A program made the translations under genes and the position numbers. Below, piece by piece: positions 17,999 through 28,400 of a stretch of DNA of 64,000 bases. Below the pieces are notes generated by a model. The model made no database searches. It worked only from the letters and a program-made list of their open reading frames with translations, and had not been told where the DNA came from. Source of the DNA: Candidatus Omnitrophota bacterium (GTDB taxonomy: Bacteria > Omnitrophota > Gorgyraeia > Zapsychrales > Fredricksoniimonadaceae); contig JAYTXU010000063.1 of assembly GCA_043742785.1 (NCBI GenBank), positions 7,997-71,996 of the forward strand, read 5' to 3'. The number at the start of each line of letters is the position of its first letter. The stretch's first letter is position 1.

Positions 17999-18937
17999 AT
18001 GAAGAAGGTAATCTTTTATTTCTTAGTTTTATTTATCAGTTTTCTTTCACCTTCTTTAGTAAAAGCAGTAGAAGAAGTTAAAACTATGAATGTAGCGAGT
18101 ACGGCCGAACAATTATTCTTTGTTACTGTAAGATTGGAATGCTCGCGTGTTGGTAAAGATGGGGCGATTGTAGGAGATGTTGGTACAGGTTTTATAGTAT
18201 CTTATAAGTGGCAGAATAAAGAAGGACTCTTTTTAGTTACAAATAAACATGTTTTAAAAGATGTAGAAAAAATTAAATTCTTTTTTATTCAAAGTGATGG
18301 AAAAAAGCCGATTTTAGGAAAGATACAACCTGTTGAAATGAATAATGTGAGATCTTTATGGTATGGACATCCTAACGACAAAGTAGACGTTGGAATAATC
18401 CCAATAAGTGAACTTCTCGATCAGGCTCAAAAAAAGAATTTGCAGTTATTTATCAGGTCTTTTAATAAAGATTTTTTACCAACGCCACAGCAAGCAGAAG
18501 ATTTAGATGCGGTTGAGGAGATTATGTTTGTAGGTTATCCAAGTGCAATTTACGATAAAGTGAATTATTTGCCAATACTTAGACGGGGGATTACTGCTAC
18601 ACCTCTGAATGTAGATTATGAAGGTTTGCCACAATTCTTAATTGATGCAACAGTATTTCCTGGTTCAAGTGGGAGCCCTGTCTTTTTGATGAACCGTGGT
18701 AGCTATTCTACTAAAGAAGGTGGTTTGGTTTCTGGTTCTCGCTTCTTTTTACTGGGATTAATTTCAGAGGTTTATGTGTTTAATCAAACTAATGTAGGGG
18801 GATTTACTGATATACCTTCAACTATCAAACCAGTTGTTGGAACATCTCAAATGATGGGACTCGGTAAAGTAATAAAATCATCAGCTATTTTTGAAACGAT
18901 AGAAACTTTCTTAAGGTTAAATGGTGAAATAAAATAA
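17999..18937 (+). CDS. Secreted trypsin-like (S1 family) serine peptidase
   Basis: Signal peptide; catalytic His context LVTNKHVL, Ser motif FPGSSGSPVFLM (GDSGGP-like), Asp in between. Confidence 0.7.
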   Translation: MKKVIFYFLVLFISFLSPSLVKAVEEVKTMNVASTAEQLFFVTVRLECSRVGKDGAIVGDVGTGFIVSYKWQNKEGLFLVTNKHVLKDVEKIKFFFIQSDGKKPILGKIQPVEMNNVRSLWYGHPNDKVDVGIIPISELLDQAQKKNLQLFIRSFNKDFLPTPQQAEDLDAVEEIMFVGYPSAIYDKVNYLPILRRGITATPLNVDYEGLPQFLIDATVFPGSSGSPVFLMNRGSYSTKEGGLVSGSRFFLLGLISEVYVFNQTNVGGFTDIPSTIKPVVGTSQMMGLGKVIKSSAIFETIETFLRLNGEIK

Positions 18938-18954
18938 TTTAGCAGGATTTTTTT

Positions 18955-18990
18955 GCCAGCTAGTGATTTGTTCATTGGCTGGTTTTTTTA
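18955..18990 (+). terminator. Possible rho-independent terminator (5-bp stem CCAGC/GCTGG, long loop, T7 tract)
   Basis: 18956-18960 pairs with 18978-18982, followed by TTTTTTT at 18983-18989; weak stem. Confidence 0.3.
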
Positions 18991-19028
18991 TCTTATGATT
19001 GATTGGTACTGGCAAATTGTCCTCTTAA

Positions 19029-19091
19029 ATTAAGAAGAAGATTGGTGAAAGTGTCAATATTGAAACTGATATTTTGGCGAAGCATATTTAA
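19029..19091 (+). pseudogene. Remnant of a second ribE 3' end (encodes ...KKIGESVNIETDILAKHI*)
   Basis: ~80% nt identity and near-identical translation to the ribE C-terminus at 10640-10702 (GDSVNIETDILAKYI); in-frame stop immediately upstream at 19026-19028. Confidence 0.55.
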
Positions 19092-19114
19092 AATAATTAA
19101 AAGTTAGAAACGTT

Positions 19115-19261
19115 ATGTCTAAACCACAATAACTCATTAAATGGAATTATTTAGGTTCGAACAATGAAAAAGTCACCGAAATGACTATTCCCTCCCGCAA
19201 ATTCTCCGAATTTATAAAGGTCGTCAATGGCGGCAGTGAAGCCTACCGCGGTTTATTTTAG
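19115..19261 (+). pseudogene. Inactivated paralog of the 16197-16418 small gene (CAA->TAA nonsense at codon 6 plus 75-nt in-frame internal deletion)
   Basis: MSKPQ*LIKWNYLGSNNEKVTEMTIPSRKFSEFIKVVNGGSEAYRGLF* vs MSKPQQLIEWSYLGANYS...KVTEMTVPTRKFPEFLRAVNGGDEPYRGLF*. Confidence 0.6.
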
Positions 19262-19438
19262 ATTTTCTTTCGTACTATATTTATAACCTATTGGTAAATA
19301 TTAATTTACAGCACATGAGAAAGCGCTTTCCAAAAATTCCTAAAATGCCCTTGTTTTTGAGTATATATAGTACATACTTTAAATAACAAGAAGATTTATG
19401 GTATTAAGTAGTTAACCCCAGTAAAGAAAGACTACTGT

Positions 19439-22400
19439 ATGACAAGAGGGAAGATATATAAAAAATCTATCGTTTGGTTAGTCTTAGTTGCATTCTTATT
19501 AAATACATTAATAGGAGCGCAGCCTGTACAAGCTGATGTTCCTTTCCTGCCTGCCCCTGGTCAATTAGTTCCATTAACAGCATCATTTTCTTCACCCATG
19601 ATTTGTGGCCTTAAATTCTTTAAGGACAATCCTTTTAAATTTAATTTTGTCATGACTCAAGGAGATCAAGCCTCTGGTGAAAACTCTTTTAATAGAAAAG
19701 TTTTCTTGAAAGAAGAAGCCAGTAGGCTTGTTAAATATTTCTTAGCTTCTTTAGCAATTCCTGAGAAAGACATGTGGGTTAACTTATCACCCTATGATTC
19801 TAATCGTATTATTCCACAAGAATTTGGAATTACGGAAATGGGAAAAGATATGTTAGCTCAAGATTATTTATTAAAGCAGGTAGCTTCTTCTGTGATGTAT
19901 CCGGAAGGAAGTGTGGGCAAGGAATTTTGGAGCAAGATTTACAGGGAAGCTTATAAACGTTTTGGAACAACTAATATTCCCGTTGCCGCCTTTAACAAGG
20001 TTTGGATTATTCCGGGTCAAGCAACTGTCTATGAGGATGCTATTGATAATACAGCGGTGATCACAGAGAGTAAGCTTAAGGTCATGCTTGAAGAAGACTA
20101 TCTGGCGCTTAGTAAATCAACCATTAAGGATCATATAGAAAAAAGCTCAGATGCTAATAGACAATTATCTAATGAATTAATTCGTGAGATAATTCTTCCT
20201 TTGATTGAGAAAGAGGTTAATGAGGGGAAGAATTTTGCAACATTGAGGCAAGTTTATAACTCGTTAATTTTGGCATTTTGGTTTAAAAATAAATTAAAGG
20301 AAGGGTTATTAGCAAAAGGATATTTTGGTCAGAAGAAAGTCAATGGCGTTGATGTAAATGATAAGAATATTGACCAGGAGATCTATAAGCAGTATTTAAA
20401 ATCTTATAAAAAAGGCGTTTATAACTATATCAAAGAGGAATTAACTCCTACCAATGAAGTGGTCCCAAGAAAATATTTTTCTGGAGGGGTTATCTTTGGA
20501 GATTATATCGAAAAAAGTTTTGCAATGATTTCTGGAAAAGAAGCTGCAAAGGCTGCTAGTGCCGTCTTACAGAATGGGGTTGTTACCTTTGAGGCGGGGG
20601 TTGAAGCAATTGTAGGAGATAAAACTAGATTAGAGTCATCAACTATTGGAGGGTTAAGAGAAAGTGGGCTAGTTCAAGATGGCGATACTGTTATAAGAAT
20701 TAAACTTAATGGAGTACAGAAATATAACGAAAAAGTAAGAAAATCTCTGATAGAAAGAATTATCGTTCTTAAGAAGGTATTTGGTTTGTATGTTAGACCA
20801 TTTAAAAGAATACTGCCTGCAATCACAGTGGGAGTTTTTCTTTTGGCGGCTGCTAATTCAGCTTCTGCTAAGGGCTCTGAAGATTTAATGCAGCACGGTT
20901 CTAAGAAAGCAGAAATCAAACAGGTGGTCGCAAGCTCTATCGATATTCAAATACAAAAGCTTAGTGAGAAAATAGGTGCTGATCAAAATGCAGTGGACAA
21001 TATGAGTGCTAAAGGCGGAACCTTAATGATGAATTTTGATAAGGTCCAAAAGCTCAAAGCACAAATCAAGATAGAAAAAGAACAATTGAAAGAGATTCAG
21101 GGAGCAAAGCCTAAGGGTTCTGTTGCTCCTCAAGAGATTTTACCAGTAAAAAATGTGCAGCCAGTTTCAGTAGATACTCATATGGGGTCTGTATCCATAG
21201 CTACCCCAAGCTCTGTAGATGTTCCTGGCTCGGTAGTTCCAACAGTAGTGGTTCCTGTGGATCATGATTCCAATTTAAATGTTCAACCTCAAAGAACTGC
21301 GCCAACAACTACAGTTGCAACGATTACACCGACTTCCACAGGCGATACTCCTGGACTTATTAAAGCACCTGGTAATCAAATTCAGCCCAAGGTTCTTTCA
21401 GGGGATGCTCTTGATCACAATAATCTTTTACCTGATCAGGGAGCGGCACCTACTATTGATACTCAGCACGGCGCAGCCGCAGGGCCTGGAGCGCCGCCAC
21501 CGGATCAACTAGATCAAGGGCTTAATTTAAATACTCAAGTTTCAGGAGCGCCGCCAGCAGCTGTTCAAGTCGCAACAGTTACATCGGGGATTTCAACAGG
21601 GAGTACTAATATGTATTCATCCCAATTGGATGAAGAAGCAGCGGTTAAGCAAGCTAATCTTTTAGAAGAACAAGTATTGTTAAGCCAGCTTCAGAAATCT
21701 TCTGCAGATCAGGATGCTTTAAAGTTAAAAATAGCTGAAGATATGCAGTTGATTCAAAATTATCATCTAGCACTTCCTAATTACAAACCAGTTCCTTTGC
21801 CATACCAAAAAGCGGGGATGACGCCGCCCATTGCTTCCTTTACTCCGGATAATGTCAGCATTGCCTTGCTGGATTATAAGATTAATCAGACATTAAGAAC
21901 AATCAAGAAGCCTATTAAGAATAATCCCTTTGCTCATGGTGCTTTATCGATGAATAATAATGCGCCTTTTGCAAGCGTGCCGGTTGTATCGGTTGGGGTT
22001 GGAACAAGTTTTAGCATTGTCCCTGATGTGCCTTTTGCTGGTTTGATTAATTTGACCCAAATAGTTGGAGGGCTTCCTCAACTTGGTCAGCAAGGCGTTA
22101 TGAGTCAGGTGTTGGGGCCTGCAGTGGCTGTTGATATTCTAGCTAATTTAAGAAATTATGTGGTAATGCATCCGACCAAGGGACAGGATGTTCGTTATGA
22201 TGCACGTATGACTCCATTTAAAGGGGTTGTTGAATCACTAACAGTGCATGTGACTCCAGCTGTTTCTTTTGACCAAGAAGGGCATCGAGTTGAAAAGAAT
22301 CTTTATCGTGTAGGGATTGTTAAAACCTTAGGTGCCGTAGCAGGAAAGGTGGATTCCCTTTTAGGAGATAAAGGACTCTTTGGGCATAGCAGCGATCACT

Positions 22401-25400
22401 TTATTTTCCAAAATCTTGGTTACCAGATAAAGGTGGATGATTATCACCAGGCGTTTACCTATCAGGCGGCTGTTAATCAGGATACCAATACAAGCTATAT
22501 CAATGCCTACAATATCGAAGATTCAACGACCCGCTACAGAGAAAATACTCATCACGGTTGGGATCTTGTTGATTCGTCTACTCCGTTAGATTCTCACTTG
22601 GATTATTATAGCGCCACTGTTCATGGTTTTATTCTACATGCCGATTCAACAACTGGAACAATGACAGGCCAGGGAGATGTTTTTACCTCTTCAACCTTTA
22701 TTACCGATGCTTTTGCTAAGCAAATAGCCCAGCAAGACGGGCAGACTATTGTCGGAAGATCTTATCTGAGTACTAATTCAGTTTTAGTAGAACCTATTTC
22801 TTCTTTGAAGGATCTTAATTTAGAAAAACAGTTATCAAAGGGTGTGGATAAGAATGGTCATCTTATTTGGGGAGTATTAAGAAATCATTTGGGACATATT
22901 GTTAAATTAATTATTGATCCGCGTGAACTTAACGATACAAGTTCTTTGACTGATGATAGCGGGAACTCAGTTAGATTTATTCCTGGCAAAGCTTATAAAG
23001 CCTCTTCAACCACGGGAGAGATTGGTAGTACTATTCGGGATTATACCATTGATGAGTTTAGGATTGTTGGTGAAGTTAAAGGGATGTTCAAGAAAAATAC
23101 GGTTGCAGATAAATACGGCCATTATGATCTATCTGAAAGACCGCAATTACCAGAATTACCTTCAGAGCTGAAATCTTTAGTTTCTGGAAACGGCTTGATT
23201 TTAGAATCCTCTGTGTCATTAAAAGCCATTTATCAGACAGCAAGGAATTATTATGGGGTTGTGTATTTTGCAGATGGAAGAGTGCCCGCTGTCCTTACAG
23301 GTTTAAAGAATGTTAAAACGATTGGATCCCTGGATGAAAAAAACGGGGTGACCCGATTGCCTAACGGATTATATACTCTTTCAAGATTTAAAAAGAATTT
23401 GGATGGCAATGCCCTTGTTCTTTTAGATGGTAAGAAGCAGGTTATAGCCGTTGTGGATGCATCTGATAAATTAAAACAGGAACGCATTAAAAATCTTCAT
23501 GGAGAAAATAAACGTATTGATGATCACAAGGTTACTTTAACAACTTTAAAGGATGGAGGGATTGAAGCAGAAGACCACAGAGTGCTTGATCCTGAGAGCG
23601 GCAAGCCTCAGTTTACAATTTTTACGAAAGGCAATACGTTTACACCAGAGCAGACAGCATTTAATGCAGCAAACCCTCAACAGATTCATTTAGAAAGAGA
23701 ATTAGCGGATTTGGCTATTAAAGGCCAGGCCATCACCATTCCTGTTGAAGGATCTAATAGACAAAGATGGATTATTCTAGAAAAAGCACCTACTTCTCAA
23801 TTAAAAAGATTAGAACAATCAAGTCAACAGGTGGCACCTGTTCGAAATATAAAGGTAGAAACCTTAACAGGGCCGGATGGAAAGGTTTTTCATGGGGTGA
23901 CCATTGATACGGAAATGTTTGGTGCTGATGATATTCAAAAGTTAAACAGTCTTGGCGCGACTGCCGTTCGTACTTATTATCCAATTTCTAAAAAACTTGC
24001 TGTTCTGCTTGCCACTCAAACTCAAGTCAAAACGATTATTGTAGGCATTCCCTTAAATTCAAAAGCTTATAATCCGGAGAATTTGTCCAATTTTTGGGGA
24101 GATACTGTGGGGGATCCAGATGAAAGAGTTTCTTTAGAAAATAGCAGCAAGTATATATCCTATCTTAAGCAGCTGGCAGCTACTCTTGATGGCAATGCAA
24201 AAATTGTTGTTGATTTAGGTAATGAACTGAATTTACATCCGGATTGGATTGGAGTTACGAATAATGGGTCAGACCTAGGCAGATTTTTTAGAAAGGTAGA
24301 CAAGCATGCTACGGATATAAAAGCAGTATTAGGAGATAGTGTTACAACGTCCTTCACCTTGGGAGATAATCCAATAGATTTTGTAACAGCATTGACAAAT
24401 GCACCTAATGTTCAATATTGGGGGGTTAACTCTTATCGGGGTATAGATGGTTTAGAAAATGATTGGATGAAGGCGACTAAAGAAGCAGGTGTTTTTAGGC
24501 CATTCTATGTGGCTGAAACAGGAAATAATTCTAATGCAGGAGAAGCAGTGCAGGCGGAAGCAGATGTTCACGCTTGGAAAACAGCGGAAGGCAAGATGGG
24601 TGTCAGTGTTCTATTAATGACTCTTCAAGATAATCCTAAAAAGATGGCCAATAATAAACAGGAAAACTTTGGTTTGTATGACCAATATGGGAAGCCAAAA
24701 GCAGGTGTCAGAAAGATTACCGAAGCTTGGGGAGAAGCAGCGACTTCGACTACAGCACCAATTTTGTTCGATGATACTCTAACCGGGGTTAATGAACACT
24801 ATGCCCTTGTGCGTCTTCGTTCAAATCATCCTGCCGGAACTACTGCAGAAGAGGTTGTTAAACAATTAAAAACTGAACGCGTTCGCGTTAGTGATCTAGA
24901 TCGATTAGCTCCAGCTCTTGGAAAATTAGGCGTTGAAATATTGAAGATTGATTCTCAAGGCAATACAGTTGGACGATATGTCAAGATGTTTGGGGATGGT
25001 TATCAGTTGTGGGAAAATGTTTCAATTGAAGCCAATATGAATAAATATTTTCAGATTAATCGCAATGATGGGAAAGGTTCTGAATATGTTTCATTAGATG
25101 ATTTAAAGTCTCCTTCAACTCAGGAAGCTATTCGTCAGGTTGCTGACGAAGTTACCATGATGGATATGAATCAGCATGTGATGGCACGGGTATTTTTAAA
25201 TAAAAATTTTAATGGCAGCCGTATTGAAGTCTTACAGGACAATCATACATCTTCCATTTTTGAATTGGCTTCATTTAGTCCAACAGATTTATCTGGTCCT
25301 GTTGCTAAAACAGTTTCTATTAATCCTAAAGATTCCAAGGATGGCTTCTTGCATGTCATCACCACTGATTTACGCCAAGTTAATCAAGGCGTGCAGGTGG

Positions 25401-28400
25401 AAGATGTTTACAAGCCGGTTACCGGGGGGAAACCAGTTTTGCTTTACAGTGACCGATTCTTACAAAACAATCGCATTTATTTTAAAGATGGCCATGAGTA
25501 TTATTCCGTTTTAATTGATGCTTCCCATAAGGATGGGCAAACCGTGACGATTGACGGACAGACGACAGAGAATGTGACAGGAATCTTTGATTTTAATAAG
25601 GACTCCAATAGCGGGTATCACGTCAATCTTCGTAATCTGGATAAGAATGGCGGTTTTGCTCCTATTCGTTTTACAAAATTCAAGGATGGACAGATTAATG
25701 TTGATCAAACAGGATTTGTTAAGATTCGACAAGGAATGGATCGCAAAGCTATTTTAGATAATGTTGTTAGATCGTCTGTTCTTAATATGACAGACGTATA
25801 CAGATATAGACCAGATGGACAAATTGATACAAGAGAAGTTAGTTTTTTAAATAATGGACAATGGCAATTAAATTGGACTTTAAAAGGAGCTGATATTGCT
25901 GTTCAACCTGTCCTGGTTAGTCAATTATCTAGCAATCAAGTGATTGCAGAGGCTTTTGCTAAATATAAGATTGATAAAGATACCATCTTAATTGAAACCA
26001 TCAAAACAGATACCGATGGTGTTGTCAGTAAGGATTATCGTATCTTAGGAGATATCTTAGAGAAGAAAATCATTTCTGTGATCGAGCAGGGTGGGGGAGT
26101 CATCAAGACTATTGTGGGGTTAAATTTTGACAACACCACAGGCGAGCAGATACTGTCCTATACCTTAAGTTCTGATGGGCAGGTTCAATCTTTAAGTAGA
26201 ACGGTTCCCAATGAATTATCCTATCAGCAGCTTCTTCCTCAAGGAGTCGAGACAACCTATGCACAGTTTATGGAGAAACATTTAAATGTTCAGGGAGCTA
26301 ATTATTGGAATGAGTTGGAACAAAGAGGTGTCTCAAGAAGTTTTGTACCAGTGGTGGTTGAAGAAATTCCTTTTCTGGTTCAAACAGATAAACCTGGTGC
26401 TAATAGTTTTAAATCTATTGAACCCAAGATACGTCCTCTCGTTGAAGCTTATACAAAGGCCAGTGCTCAAGACCGTCCTGCTCTATTAAAACAAATTTCA
26501 GATACCGTTCGCCAGTATCATCAAGAGAGTAATACTGCGCATTATACGCAAGAGCAAGGGCAGCCGACCTATCATTATTTATCACCTCCTAATGATAGTC
26601 GAGGACGTGATTATATTACCAAGACAAGCGATGGGGATATTTCGCTCAATATTTGGCCACTTGAAGGTAAGGGAAATTTTCCAGCTAATATTTTGCCGGC
26701 TAGTATTGTTGTTAATCAGTCGACTGGCGAATTGCAGAGAACAATGGTTTTTGATCATCATGAAAAGCTACAGTTTCAGAATTTCCAAAATGAGCCCTAT
26801 GAACTGGGCGTGAATGTTTATAAGGTTTCGGATGATTTAAGTTTAAAGGAGGCTACATTTACGAGTTTAGGAGATCCCATTTCTAAAACCACTCTTTATC
26901 AGCGTAATCGTGTTGCTAATGGAATATTTGGTGTACAGACAAGAGGGGAAGAAACAATTGCTTTTGATCCGTTATTCCCGTACTCGCTTCCTTTGGCTGG
27001 GACCTTAGATGAAGATGGTCGTTTGACTAAGGCAACTTTGCATTTGGAATTTAGTGTTGAGAATGGGCATCAGAAAATTGTGGAAACATCCTTGGTCAAT
27101 GAGCCAACAGCTCCAGGGGATTTTAGAGTTAAAACGCAGACCATTGTGGATGGTAAGCCAATTTCTGGGACTCTGCATGAAGAAGGAACACTTTTGGGTT
27201 ATAGGAAAAGCATGGAGGCTAATTGGAAAGTATTTGCCGTTTATCCTGCTTTAATCTTAGGGTTAATTATCAGCGGAGATTTACTTAAGAAAATTAGGTT
27301 TAATAGAATTAAAAAGGCATTGGCTGAGGAGGCTACTAATGCAGCCTTAGAAGAAACATCAGAGCCTCCTAAAGAAAGAGAAATTGTTTATCCTTCTTGG
27401 CAGGAGTATGGATTTAGTAAAGGTGCTTTGGCCGTTGCTGCTAGAAGATACGAAGGAACAATTGTTCCCATGTTAAAGAAAGAATCAATAGAGGATGTTT
27501 TAAAAGAATATTTCCGTGGTTATCAAATATGGCGTAAACAGGTCATGGGTATTGAAGAGCCATTTATCCCCACTATTGAAGATTTATGGGTGATGTTTTT
27601 AAGAGATGCGGATAATGATATTTTGAATGCAGATGTGCCAGACGGCCTTAATTATTTGATGCATAAAGCTGTGGAAGCTAGAAAGATTAACCCAGTGGCT
27701 GCAGATATAGGGGGTTTTATAAGAAAGGAATACACGCGCTGGCATAATATTATTGAAATTCAGCAAACAACCTTTCAGGGTTTATCAGGGGGGAAGATGA
27801 AAAACGTGGTCCCCTATGATTATTATTTTACCGTCGAAGATCTTAATGAAATGTTTCGTACTAGGAAGAATGTTGAATGGTACGATGATTTAGGGTATTC
27901 CTTGGATCGTAAAGCAGATAGAAGAAGCTCTATCTACAATGATTTTATAGCCAGTTTGAGGGAAAAGGTTAAGGCTGCTAAAGCAGGAATTGAAGCCATG
28001 GCTGATAGTGTGGGTGGCAATGTATTTAGAATGAAGAGAAAGGTGGCAGATGTTGCAGAGTATCAGGAGTATGTTCAATTTTTTACTAGAGTTCAAAAAG
28101 GTGAGTATACCGTATCAGATAATTTTACCTCCACAGAAATATCTGCAGAACAAGCTAATCTTTTAATTAATAACAAACCATTTATTAGAAAAACATTTGC
28201 GGAATCAGGATCATGGGTTGGGAAAATGCCTTTGCCGTTGCGTATGATCAAACCATTAGCCCAGTTTATCCGAAATAGTTATAACCAGTTAACCTATCCA
28301 ATTATATTAACTTCGACCGTGGGAGCTTATGTGGCAGCTTATGACGGCATCATAGGCTGGGGGACTGCTACCCTTGCGGCAGCTATTAGTCTTGTTGTTA

